Shown: piece by piece, positions 30,881 through 39,743 of the stretch
Position numbering within the stretch: position 1 is the first letter of the stretch
How the letters are laid out: each line of letters begins with the position of its first letter
Source: Mucinivorans sp.
Lineage (GTDB): Bacteria; Bacteroidota; Bacteroidia; Bacteroidales; Rikenellaceae
Assembly (NCBI GenBank): GCA_036648455.1
Contig: JAVXIH010000001.1
Location: 1 to 52,061 of the forward strand
DNA: 52,061 bases
Direction of reading: 5' to 3'
Program-made: the position numbers and the translations under genes
The notes under the pieces: generated by a model
The model's database searches: none
What the model was told of the DNA's origin: nothing
What the model saw: only the letters and a program-made list of their open reading frames with translations

Positions 30881-32366
30881 ATTTGATGTGGTCATAATAG
30901 GCAGTGGACTCGGAGGCTTAGAATGCGGAGTTATACTCAGCAAGGAGGGCTATAAGGTCTGTATAGTGGAACAGTCTGCTGTTTTTGGCGGCTGCTTCCA
31001 GTCATTTAGTCGTAGCGGAAGGAGCATAGATACCGGAATCCATTATATGGGTAGTATGGGTGAGGGGCAAATTATGCGGCAATACTTAAAGTACTTCGGC
31101 ATTTTCGACTCATTAGATATTGTCAAGTTAGATGATGAGTTTGATGTGATCAATCTGGGCAGTGAGGCGGCGTATGGTTATCACCAAGGTTATGACAATT
31201 TTATGGGGTCGCTTACGGCACTTTTCCCTACCCAGGAGCAAGGCATAAAACAATATTGTAAAAAAATCAGAGAAATCGGTTCGTCTATTGCCACAGACGT
31301 ACATCAATCAGGTGCGTTTTCTTCGGGCGGCATTGAAAATTTAGGTGTTTCAGCTGTTAAGTTTATTGATTCGTGTGTCTGCGACCCTGTATTGAGAAAC
31401 ATCTTGGCTGGCACAAACGTTCTCTATGGGGGCACCTACCAATCGGCCAACCTATATCACCACGCTATGATAAACCACTCTAACATAGAGGGTTCATATC
31501 GTTTTGTGGGCGGCACACAAAATGTGGCAGATATGTTGGTTCGGCAGATTACCAACAATGGCGGTGTGGTGCTCAATCGCTCGAAGGTGGTTCGGATAGA
31601 GGTTCAAGCGGCAGATGTTAAGTGTGTCGAATTAGAAAATGGTGAGAAAATTTATGCCAAACAATTCATTTCGGATATTCATCCGGCATCTACCTTTGCA
31701 ATGGTCGGCGCAACGCCGGTGATAAAAAAAGCCTATAAGTCGAGACTTAATTTATTGCCCAACACATCAGGTCTTTTTTCGGTATACCTGCTTATGAAGC
31801 CTAATAGTTTCCCTTATTGCAATAAAAACTATTATTATTATCACTCGGGTGATGTGTGGGATACAGTACTCGATCAGCCAGATTTAGTACCTAAATTAAT
31901 TATGTTGAGTACTCAATTGGCAAATCACAACACAAAATATAGCGATGTGGTAACTCTTATGTCACCTATTAATAACGCTATTTTTGACCAATGGCAAACA
32001 GCATCGTTAGGTAGTAGGGGCCGCCAATATGATGACCTGAAAGCTCAAATTACCGAGAATATTATCGCCCAAGCCACTCGGTTCTGCCCGCGTATTAGAT
32101 CTTCTATTGAGTCCGTTTGTTCTGCATCCCCACTGACCTATCAGCACTATACAGGCACACCGCAGGGGTCGGCGTATGGAATATTGAAGGATTATAGAAC
32201 AACGATAGCTACCTTGCTGCCAACACGCACCAAATTGAATAACTTGTTTCTTACGGGGCAAAATCTTAATGTGCACGGCGCGTTAGGTGTAACACTCACC
32301 GCCGCCAAAACCTGCGCTGAGTTGCTCGGAACAGAATATTTGGCTAAAAAAATAGGGAATGTATAA
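30870..32366 (+). CDS. FAD-dependent oxidoreductase, phytoene desaturase/retinol saturase family; probable ATG at 30870
   Basis: DVVIIGSGLGG, DTGIHY, SPLTYQHY, GSAYG, LFLTGQ, HGALGV. Confidence 0.85.
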   Translation: MENRFDVVIIGSGLGGLECGVILSKEGYKVCIVEQSAVFGGCFQSFSRSGRSIDTGIHYMGSMGEGQIMRQYLKYFGIFDSLDIVKLDDEFDVINLGSEAAYGYHQGYDNFMGSLTALFPTQEQGIKQYCKKIREIGSSIATDVHQSGAFSSGGIENLGVSAVKFIDSCVCDPVLRNILAGTNVLYGGTYQSANLYHHAMINHSNIEGSYRFVGGTQNVADMLVRQITNNGGVVLNRSKVVRIEVQAADVKCVELENGEKIYAKQFISDIHPASTFAMVGATPVIKKAYKSRLNLLPNTSGLFSVYLLMKPNSFPYCNKNYYYYHSGDVWDTVLDQPDLVPKLIMLSTQLANHNTKYSDVVTLMSPINNAIFDQWQTASLGSRGRQYDDLKAQITENIIAQATRFCPRIRSSIESVCSASPLTYQHYTGTPQGSAYGILKDYRTTIATLLPTRTKLNNLFLTGQNLNVHGALGVTLTAAKTCAELLGTEYLAKKIGNV

Positions 32367-32552
32367 GAAGCTGTGCGTTTTTGCGTTTGTCATTTATTAT
32401 TCGTAATATTGCACCATACTGACCTCTCGATAAGGTTGATTGGATAGCGGTCATATGACTTCAAGGTGTTGATAGCCACAAAGGCACACGATAATTGTCA
32501 ATCAAAACAACTGATAATCGATATTTTATATCAAATATCTTCAAACAGGCTC
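32367..32552 (+). mobile_element. Degenerate family B MITE-like element inside the cluster
   Basis: Begins GAAGCTGT right after a TAA stop, ends TTCAAACAGGCTC followed by TCA; fills the only large gap in the operon. Confidence 0.45.
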
Positions 32553-32556
32553 TCAG

Positions 32557-34209
32557 ATGAAAAAATATATAAAAATATCGTTATGGATTCTGTTGGGGCT
32601 GTTCTTAATTCCTGTTGTTATAATGTTTGGGCTCTATCTGAGTGCTGATATGGGGGAGCCACCTCTAACAATAAATCCATCGGACTACGTTCTCGATCAT
32701 CGTCGAGACACACTCTTGTGTGGGAACTCTTATCTCAGACAAGACAGTTGTGGACTTTGGGAACTCTATGTTCAGGGATCGGGACAGGAGCGCGGAGCAC
32801 GTCAGGGTGCTCTCACGAGTGAATTGATGAAATATCAAGAGGATGTATTCATTAATAAGATTAGAGAAATCATACCCTCGGATAGCTATTTGAGTGTTCT
32901 GAGAACATTTCTTATCATCTTCAATCGAAATATGGGCAAATATGTGCCCGATGAATACCGTAACGAAATAATGGCAATGTCTGAGTTCTGTACTCACGAT
33001 TACGATGCTATCGGCACCCCTTATGAGCGGCAACTCAACTATCACGGAGCGCACGACATTGGGCATACTATGCAACAATATATGCTTGTTGGTTGCAGTT
33101 CGTTTGCCGCATGGGGAGCTACAAGTGAAGATGGTGAAATGGTTGTGGGGCGTAATTTTGATTTTTATGTGGGCGATGATTTTGCCAAAAACAAACTTAT
33201 CACCTTTGCCGCGCCCGACAGCGGATTCCGTTACGCCAGTGTGGGTTGGGCGGGAATGATTGGAGTGTTGTCAGGAATGAACGAAAAGGGATTGACCGTT
33301 ACCATCAACGCTGCAAAAGGATCGATTCCGACCTCTGCTGCTATGCCAATCTCTATTCTAACCCGAGAAATTTTGCAGTATGCTCAAAACATAGAGCAGG
33401 CTTATGATATTGCACAACGAGCGCAGACTTTTGTCAGCGAGTCAATCCTAATCGGTTCGGCTAATGACAACAGAGCTGTCGTGATCGAAAAAACGCCAAA
33501 GCAAACAGCTCTTTACACTCCCGATGGCGAGTTGTTGATCTGTACCAACCATTTCCAATCGCCAGAATTTGCACAGGATGAATATAATGTCGAAAACATT
33601 AAACAGAGTGATAGCCGATTTCGCTACAATAGAATAGATGAGCTTATCAAAAAGTCTCAACCAATAAATTATAGTCGAGCGATGGACGTTTTGAGGAATA
33701 GGCTCTATCTTGAAGACGCAGATATGGGCCTTGGCAACGAGATGTCTGTCAATCAATCCATCGCACACCACTCAGTCATATTTATGCCTACCAAAGGGCT
33801 AATGTGGGTGTCAACCACCCCGTGGCAGTCGGGTAAAGTTGTCTGTTATGATCTTAAAGGGTTCTTTGATGGGACTTCATTGCCTTGTCGTGAGAGTGAG
33901 TTTGATTTGGCCGCAGATTCTTTATTTATGCTACGTGATTACCCCATTTTAATAAGCTATCGTGAGAAAACAAAGGAGATAAAACGTGTTATAAGCGAGA
34001 AGGGGCAGCTCTCCAAAGAATATATCAACGCATTTACATCTATCAACCCCAACCATTACTACACTTACCGCCTGCTGGGTGACTACTATGCCTCACAAGG
34101 ATTGAAGCAAGAGGCTGTGGATATGTATGGCCGTGCATTGAAGTGCATTATCCCTTCTCGAGGGACAAGGGAGGATATCGAGAAACTAAAGCAGAGAGAA
34201 GATGAATAG
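32557..34209 (+). CDS. C45 family Ntn-hydrolase/acyltransferase with N-terminal anchor and C-terminal TPR-like helix pair
   Basis: VG-CSSF autocleavage nucleophile, GRNFDF, GMNEKGL, TNHF; LLGDYY...A...Y..AL. Confidence 0.85.
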   Translation: MKKYIKISLWILLGLFLIPVVIMFGLYLSADMGEPPLTINPSDYVLDHRRDTLLCGNSYLRQDSCGLWELYVQGSGQERGARQGALTSELMKYQEDVFINKIREIIPSDSYLSVLRTFLIIFNRNMGKYVPDEYRNEIMAMSEFCTHDYDAIGTPYERQLNYHGAHDIGHTMQQYMLVGCSSFAAWGATSEDGEMVVGRNFDFYVGDDFAKNKLITFAAPDSGFRYASVGWAGMIGVLSGMNEKGLTVTINAAKGSIPTSAAMPISILTREILQYAQNIEQAYDIAQRAQTFVSESILIGSANDNRAVVIEKTPKQTALYTPDGELLICTNHFQSPEFAQDEYNVENIKQSDSRFRYNRIDELIKKSQPINYSRAMDVLRNRLYLEDADMGLGNEMSVNQSIAHHSVIFMPTKGLMWVSTTPWQSGKVVCYDLKGFFDGTSLPCRESEFDLAADSLFMLRDYPILISYREKTKEIKRVISEKGQLSKEYINAFTSINPNHYYTYRLLGDYYASQGLKQEAVDMYGRALKCIIPSRGTREDIEKLKQREDE

Positions 34210-35500
34210 AAATTCGCAAATACAATTTTCAGATAGTGAATCAATTCGCCGTTTTCAACAAGAACGACTTATTGAAGAGGTGCATTATATGTGGCAGCAC
34301 TCTCCGTTTTACAGACGAATGTTTGAAGAGAATCGTCTTGATCCTGATACGATTCGCACGCTCGAGGATTTACATCGACTTCCCGTAACAACAAAGTCTG
34401 ATTTGCAGCTTTATAATCGTGATTTTATTGCTACTCCAATAGCTGAGATTATTGATTATGTCACCACATCGGGCACCCTTGGCGACCCCGTTACATTTGC
34501 GCTATCGGACTCGGATCTGAGTAGGTTGGCGTATAACGAGGCGCTCTCTTTTGCTACGGCAGGGTGTTCGTCGGATGATATTTTACAACTGATGACCACT
34601 ATCGACAAACGATTTATGGCTGGTCTTGCCTATTTTCTTGGGGCAAGAGAACTTAAATGTGGCGTTGTCAGAGTGGGTAATGGCATTCCCGAATTGCAAT
34701 GGGACACCATTAGCAGAATACATCCTACCGGGTGTATCGTTGTGCCATCATTCTTGATTAAGTTGATCCAGTTTGCAAAGAACAACAACATTGATTTTCG
34801 CAACTCATCGCTCAAACGAGCAATCTGTATCGGCGAGTCACTCAGAACGCAGCAAGGAGAATTAAATCAGTTGGGGCGGAGAATCTCGACCGAATGGCCC
34901 GAATTAGAGCTGTTTTCAACATATGCGTCAACCGAAATGCAAAGTTCATTTACCGAGTGCAGTCATCATTGCGGGGGACATACGCCCGTTGACCTGATAA
35001 TTGTAGAGCTTCTCGATGACAATAACAACCCGGTCGCAGATGGAGAGCTGGGAGAAGTTACTATAACAACCATCGGAGTGAGAGGTATGCCGCTACTACG
35101 GTTCAAAACAGGAGATATTTGTATTGGGAATCGCTCGGCTTGCTCGTGCGGTAGAAATACACTTCGACTAAGTTCGGTGCTTGGGCGTAAAGGTCAAATG
35201 ATTAAATACAAAGGCACGACGCTGTATCCTTCAGCTCTTTATGAGATATTGGATAATGTATCCGACATTAAAAATTATATAATAGAGGTGTATACTGGAG
35301 AATTAGGAACAGATCAGATAGTTATCAGGGTTGGAAGTGTCAGATGTGACGAAAGCTTTGAAAAAGAGATCAAAGATCTATTCCGCTCGAAGGTACGAGT
35401 TGCCCCTGAGATCTGTTTTGAATCGATTGATTTAATTTCAAAAAAACAGATGCCTGCAATTAGCCGAAAACAGATTAAATTCGTAGATTTGCGTAACTAA
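34202..35500 (+). CDS. Phenylacetate-CoA-ligase-like aryl-CoA ligase
   Basis: LPVTTK, TTSGTLG, STYASTE, LLRFKTGD. Confidence 0.88.
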   Translation: MNRNSQIQFSDSESIRRFQQERLIEEVHYMWQHSPFYRRMFEENRLDPDTIRTLEDLHRLPVTTKSDLQLYNRDFIATPIAEIIDYVTTSGTLGDPVTFALSDSDLSRLAYNEALSFATAGCSSDDILQLMTTIDKRFMAGLAYFLGARELKCGVVRVGNGIPELQWDTISRIHPTGCIVVPSFLIKLIQFAKNNNIDFRNSSLKRAICIGESLRTQQGELNQLGRRISTEWPELELFSTYASTEMQSSFTECSHHCGGHTPVDLIIVELLDDNNNPVADGELGEVTITTIGVRGMPLLRFKTGDICIGNRSACSCGRNTLRLSSVLGRKGQMIKYKGTTLYPSALYEILDNVSDIKNYIIEVYTGELGTDQIVIRVGSVRCDESFEKEIKDLFRSKVRVAPEICFESIDLISKKQMPAISRKQIKFVDLRN

Positions 35501-35524
35501 CTTAAACTTAAACTTAAAATAAAA

Positions 35525-36091
35525 ATGAAAATGAAAAAGATTTTATTATTTGCTGTTGCAATGCTTTTTGTAACCATTGGACAAGCTCAAAACAAGAACA
35601 ACAAAGAGACTGTTAAAGTTGATTTTTATGGTATCGATTTTTCTGATGTAAATGTTGTGGGTGCAGCCGAAACAGAGGATCAGTTTATGACCGCCTTTGG
35701 TGGTATTAATCATTTGCTTGTTTCGGAGCAGGATAAATTCGACATTGTCAAGTTCTTAAAACTTGATGTTGTGTCAGTGGATGTTGAGCACGCTACGAGC
35801 CGTGTGAGCGCACTTGAAGATGTCAAATTCAAGGACACTAAAAAGATTAGAGTACCATTAAAAGAGATAATAGAAACATATCCCACCACAGAAGGAACTG
35901 CTCTTCTTCTTGTTGCAAAAGAACTTAACAAGCGCACCAATATGGGGACATTTACTGTCGTTATATTCGATGGAAAGAGCAAAGAAATTATTTCAGAAAA
36001 GGAATTTAAAGGAAAGGCTAAAGGTTTTGGACTTAGAAATTTTTGGGCAGGCGCTTTGTATGACGGATTAAAATCCGTAAAATCTAAGTAA
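35525..36091 (+). CDS. Secreted hypothetical protein (last cluster gene)
   Basis: Sec signal ending GQA-Q; FYGIDFS and GFGLRNFW segments. Confidence 0.8.
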   Translation: MKMKKILLFAVAMLFVTIGQAQNKNNKETVKVDFYGIDFSDVNVVGAAETEDQFMTAFGGINHLLVSEQDKFDIVKFLKLDVVSVDVEHATSRVSALEDVKFKDTKKIRVPLKEIIETYPTTEGTALLLVAKELNKRTNMGTFTVVIFDGKSKEIISEKEFKGKAKGFGLRNFWAGALYDGLKSVKSK

Positions 36092-36177
36092 ATCGAATCT
36101 CATCGTAAGTACTTGTTAGATAACATATTAAAGGCACAACAAGTATCCCGAACTACCAAATTATTTCCTCAGAAAAT

Positions 36178-36227
36178 ATCAAAAAAGGCTGTCTGAAAAC
36201 TTGCGTTTTCAGACAGCCTTTTTTGAT
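36178..36227. terminator. Bidirectional intrinsic terminator
   Basis: 23-bp perfect inverted repeat ATCAAAAAAGGCTGTCTGAAAAC, 4-nt loop, A and T tracts, between convergent genes. Confidence 0.88.
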
Positions 36228-36246
36228 TTGAAAAATAACTGTGAAA

Positions 36247-36588
36247 CTATTTTTTCACAGGACATTTAGCTTTTTTAGGACAGTTTGCTTTCTTAGGGCA
36301 GTCGGCCTTTTTAGGGCAATTCGCTTTTTTCACTGAATCACAGCACGGTTTTTGGGCGCACTCAGCTTTTTTAGGGCAGTCGGCCTTCTTGGCGCAGCAG
36401 CACGAATCTTTGCAAGTGGCGGCACACGGCTTGGTGCATTTGCCACATTTAGCAGCTTTTTGTTTTTCGCATTTAGCGGTGGCTGGCTTTTGAGCCAAAC
36501 CTATCTGCGCACAATTGGCGCTAGCATTAACAGAGGTAGCCATAGCCATCATCAAAACGGCACCTAGCATTAGAACAAGTTTTTTCAT
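36247..36588 (-). CDS. Secreted Cys/Lys-rich small protein with KKAxCP repeats
   Basis: Signal peptide MKKLVLMLGAVLMMAMATSVNA; 17 Cys; own -7 element and terminator. Confidence 0.85.
   Translation of the reverse strand: MKKLVLMLGAVLMMAMATSVNASANCAQIGLAQKPATAKCEKQKAAKCGKCTKPCAATCKDSCCCAKKADCPKKAECAQKPCCDSVKKANCPKKADCPKKANCPKKAKCPVKK
36250..36390 (-). repeat. Imperfect 18-bp coding tandem repeats (KKA[DENK]C[PA])
   Basis: Units such as TTTTTTAGGGCAGTCGGC recur, varying at synonymous positions. Confidence 0.8.
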
Positions 36589-36624
36589 CTTTTCTGTTTA
36601 ATTTAATCGTTTAGATGTACGGTG

Positions 36625-36632
36625 CAAATTTA
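36625..36632 (-). promoter_or_regulatory. -7 element for the Cys-rich gene
   Basis: TAAATTTG on minus strand. Confidence 0.55.
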
Positions 36633-36657
36633 TGCTTTTTTTTGGATTACCTACTCA

Positions 36658-36785
36658 GAAGCTGTTTAATTTATTAAAAAGTTTTGTTACGGTTCTTATT
36701 CGCCCCCATAAATTCCAGTTTCACAGGCAAAAATATGACCAAAAATGACTCGTAACAAATTCAATGAACAAGATTAAACAGTTTC
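36658..36785 (-). mobile_element. Family B MITE, internally deleted inverted copy of 39516-39677
   Basis: TIRs GAAGCTGTTTAAT / ATTAAACAGTTTC; TCA direct repeats at 36655-36657 and 36786-36788. Confidence 0.85.
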
Positions 36786-36917
36786 TCAATTCCACGAAAA
36801 AAGTCATCACAGCAAGATATTACTTTGATTTTTTTGTAATCGCAGATCGCAAGTGGAGAAATAGCTCAATTCGTTGTTTCGTTTTCGTTTTAGATCACCA
36901 ATCTACAATATTTTTTT

Positions 36918-36925
36918 TAACTTTG
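36918..36925 (+). promoter_or_regulatory. -7 element for glyS-nadC
   Basis: TAACTTTG preceded by a T-tract. Confidence 0.55.
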
Positions 36926-36940
36926 TGGTTGATTATAATA

Positions 36941-37065
36941 GGAGGACTTCTGAAAATTAGATTTCCAAGGCGAATCAGGTCGAAAAACCGAAGTTTACTC
37001 ACCGTAAATGATGATTTTATCGATCCGAGATTCAACGACGAAAAAACAATTTTCAAAAAGTCACC
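36941..37065 (+). mobile_element. Family A MITE-like repeat, complete 125-bp copy
   Basis: Imperfect TIRs GGAGGACTTCTGAAAATT / AATTTTCAAAAAGTCACC, ATA on both flanks, central hairpin. Confidence 0.8.
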
Positions 37066-37089
37066 ATAATTCTATAAAAGCAAAACACA

Positions 37090-38634
37090 ATGACACAGGA
37101 CGAATTATTCAAGAAACTCATCGCCCACAGCAAAGAGTACGGTTTTATATTCCCTAGCAGCGAGATCTACGACGGTCTGGCAGCGGTCTACGACTACGGC
37201 CAGATGGGGGTCGAGCTTAAAAACAACATCAAACGCTACTGGTGGGATTCGATGACCAAGCTCCACCACAACATTGTGGGGATCGATGCCTCGATCTTTA
37301 TGCACCCCCGCGTGTGGGAGGCTTCGGGTCACGTGGGCGCATTCAACGACCCGCTGATCGACAACAAAGACAGCAAAAAACGCTATCGCGCCGATGTGCT
37401 GCTCGAAGATTGGCTCGCCAAAGAAGAGGCTAAAATCACCAAAGAGGTAGAAAAAGCGGCCAAACGTTTCGAGAATTTCGACCAGGCAATGTTTCGCTCC
37501 ACCAACGCCCGTGTCCAAGAGATCCAAACCCGAATCGACGAAGTGACGGCCGAAATGGCACGCACGCTCGGGGCCAACGACTTGGCTGGGGTCAAGGCGC
37601 TGATCGAAAAGTGCGAGATCGTCTGCCCCATCAGCGGCACTCGCAACTGGACCGATGTACGCCAGTTTAACCTGATGTTCCAAACCCAAATTGGCGCGGC
37701 AACAGACGGAGCAACAACTATTTACCTACGTCCCGAGACCGCCCAAGGGATTTTTGTCAACTTCCTAAACGTCCAAAAATCGGGGCGTATGAAGATCCCA
37801 TTCGGTATCGCGCAGATTGGCAAGGCCTTCCGTAACGAGATCGTGGCTCGTCAGTTTATCTTCCGTATGCGCGAATTTGAACAGATGGAGATGCAATTTT
37901 TTGTAGCCCCAGGCACTGAGCTCGAATGGTTCGAACATTGGAAAGCTTTCCGTATGCGTTGGCACCGCGCGCTCGGCTTTGGCGACCAGCACTACCATTT
38001 CCACGACCACATCAAGTTGGCTCACTACGCCAACGCGGCAACGGACATCGAATATGAATTTCCGTTCGGTTTCAAGGAGGTCGAGGGGATCCACTCGCGT
38101 ACCAATTTCGATTTGAGCCGCCACGCCGAATTTTCGGGCAAGAAAATCACATATTTCGACACCGAAAAGAACGAAAGTTACGTGCCTTATGTGGTGGAAA
38201 CTTCGATCGGGCTCGATCGTATGTTCCTGCAAGTGCTCAGCGCTTCCTATAAAGAAGAGACTCTCGACAATGGAGAAGAGCGTGTGGTGCTGGCCATCCC
38301 CGCTCCGCTGGCTCCGGTCAAGGTGGCTATTTTGCCGCTGATCAAGAAAAATGGGCTGCCCGAACTTGCCGCCTCGATTGTGGATATGTTGAACTTCGAT
38401 TTCAATGTTCAATATGACGAGAAAGATTCGATCGGCAAGCGCTATCGTCGCCAAGACGCAATCGGAACGCCGCTCTGTGTGACGGTCGATCACGACTCGC
38501 TGGATGATCATTGTGTCACCATCCGCCACCGCGATACGATGGCGCAAGAACGTGTGGCAATTGCCGATCTGCCCGCCATTGTGGCTCGCGAAGTGTCGCT
38601 CAGTAGCCTTTTTGCTAAGCTAAGTAATAGATAA
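37090..38634 (+). CDS. glyQS: Glycine--tRNA ligase (homodimeric type)
   Basis: YDYG, ASGHV, FNLMF, LRPETAQG, FRNEI, EFEQME, IGKRYRRQD. Confidence 0.96.
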   Translation: MTQDELFKKLIAHSKEYGFIFPSSEIYDGLAAVYDYGQMGVELKNNIKRYWWDSMTKLHHNIVGIDASIFMHPRVWEASGHVGAFNDPLIDNKDSKKRYRADVLLEDWLAKEEAKITKEVEKAAKRFENFDQAMFRSTNARVQEIQTRIDEVTAEMARTLGANDLAGVKALIEKCEIVCPISGTRNWTDVRQFNLMFQTQIGAATDGATTIYLRPETAQGIFVNFLNVQKSGRMKIPFGIAQIGKAFRNEIVARQFIFRMREFEQMEMQFFVAPGTELEWFEHWKAFRMRWHRALGFGDQHYHFHDHIKLAHYANAATDIEYEFPFGFKEVEGIHSRTNFDLSRHAEFSGKKITYFDTEKNESYVPYVVETSIGLDRMFLQVLSASYKEETLDNGEERVVLAIPAPLAPVKVAILPLIKKNGLPELAASIVDMLNFDFNVQYDEKDSIGKRYRRQDAIGTPLCVTVDHDSLDDHCVTIRHRDTMAQERVAIADLPAIVAREVSLSSLFAKLSNR

Positions 38635-38669
38635 AATTCATTTACTATCACTTAAAATAGACCTACAAT

Positions 38670-39515
38670 ATGGATAAATATATTGATACGCTCATCGAAT
38701 TGGCCATCGCTGAAGATATTGGCGACGGCGACCACACATCGCTCGCTGTGATACCCCAAGATAGCCGCGGAGTGATGCAACTACTTGTCAAACAAGACGG
38801 AGTGCTGGCTGGCGTGGCGATCGCCAAGCGTGTTTTCAAGCGTTTAGATGCGGACGTTGTTTTTGACGAGCGCCTGGCCGACGGTGCGCCAATCAAAGTT
38901 GGCGACGTGGCTTTTTATGTGAGCGGGCACACCCGTTCCTTGCTCCAAGCCGAACGAATTGTGCTCAACATTATGCAGCGTATGAGCGGCGTGGCGACCC
39001 AAACGGCTATCTATGCCCACGAATTGGAGGGGCTGAATTGCCACGTGCTCGACACCCGTAAGACCACGCCTGGGATGCGTGTGCTGGACAAAATGGCCGT
39101 CAAAATCGGCGGCGGCGAGAACCATCGTATGGGGCTTTTCGATATGATTTTGCTCAAAGACAACCATATTGACTTTGCGGGCGGCATCGCGGCGGCGCTC
39201 GGCGGGGTGCGTAAATATTTGAAAGAAAAAGGCAAAGAGCTGAAAATCGAGATCGAAGTTCGTTCGCTGGCCGACATCGACCAAGTGTTCGCCGCTGGGG
39301 GTGCCGATCGGGTGATGCTCGACAATTTTTCGATCGAAGACACACGACTTGCCGTTGAGAAAATAGGAGGACGAGCCCAGATCGAGAGTTCGGGCGGTAT
39401 AACTCTTTCGACACTACGATCTTACGGCGAGTGCGGTGTAGATTTTGTGTCGGTCGGAGCGCTGACCCACCAAATCAAGAGCCTCGATATGAGTTTGAAA
39501 TATTACCAGAACTAA
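38670..39515 (+). CDS. nadC: Quinolinate phosphoribosyltransferase
   Basis: DTRKTTPG, NHRMGLFD, KDNH, MLDN, SSGGI, SVGALTH. Confidence 0.97.
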   Translation: MDKYIDTLIELAIAEDIGDGDHTSLAVIPQDSRGVMQLLVKQDGVLAGVAIAKRVFKRLDADVVFDERLADGAPIKVGDVAFYVSGHTRSLLQAERIVLNIMQRMSGVATQTAIYAHELEGLNCHVLDTRKTTPGMRVLDKMAVKIGGGENHRMGLFDMILLKDNHIDFAGGIAAALGGVRKYLKEKGKELKIEIEVRSLADIDQVFAAGGADRVMLDNFSIEDTRLAVEKIGGRAQIESSGGITLSTLRSYGECGVDFVSVGALTHQIKSLDMSLKYYQN

Positions 39516-39677
39516 GAAGCTGTTTGAATTTTGTTCATTGAATTTGTTATGAGTCATTTTTGGTCATATTTTTACCTGTAAAACCGGAATTTACCGGGGT
39601 AAATGAGGATTTTATAGGTGAAAATAGGGGCAAATAAGGGCCTTAACAAAACTTTTGAATGAATTTCAAACAGCTTC
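39516..39677 (+). mobile_element. Family B MITE (162 bp), full-length hairpin
   Basis: TIRs GAAGCTGTTTGAA / TTCAAACAGCTTC; flanked by TAA (nadC stop) and TTA. Confidence 0.85.
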
Positions 39678-39735
39678 TTAATAGCGGAAAAATTTAGCAG
39701 CGTAGAAGTATTGTCAAAAATTCCAGAATTTTTTG

Positions 39736-39743
39736 TATATTTG
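39736..39743 (+). promoter_or_regulatory. -7 element for manA, lying within an inverted repeat
   Basis: TATATTTG between the arms of a 15/16 inverted repeat (39721-39763). Confidence 0.55.

Larger units (their letters stand above)
13226..36091 (+). other. Aryl-polyene/flexirubin-type type II PKS glycolipid biosynthetic gene cluster (22 genes)
   Basis: All genes co-oriented and mostly overlapping or abutting; content matches APE/flexirubin loci (TAL, KS/CLF, ACP, KR, DH, TE, AT, GT, MMPL, LolA, CoA ligase). Confidence 0.9.

Noticed and set aside
30870-32366. Carotenoid biosynthesis
   Set aside because: No phytoene synthase, GGPP synthase or cyclase in the window
36186-36198. AGGCTGTCTGAA resembling a Neisseriaceae DNA uptake sequence
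   Set aside because: Occurs only as one terminator stem; not repeated in the window
36247-36390. Regularly spaced short repeats as a possible CRISPR array
   Set aside because: 18-bp in-frame coding repeats with no unique spacers and no cas genes
36764-37069. 101-aa ORF upstream of glyS
   Set aside because: Runs across two MITE-like repeats and a promoter motif; likely spurious
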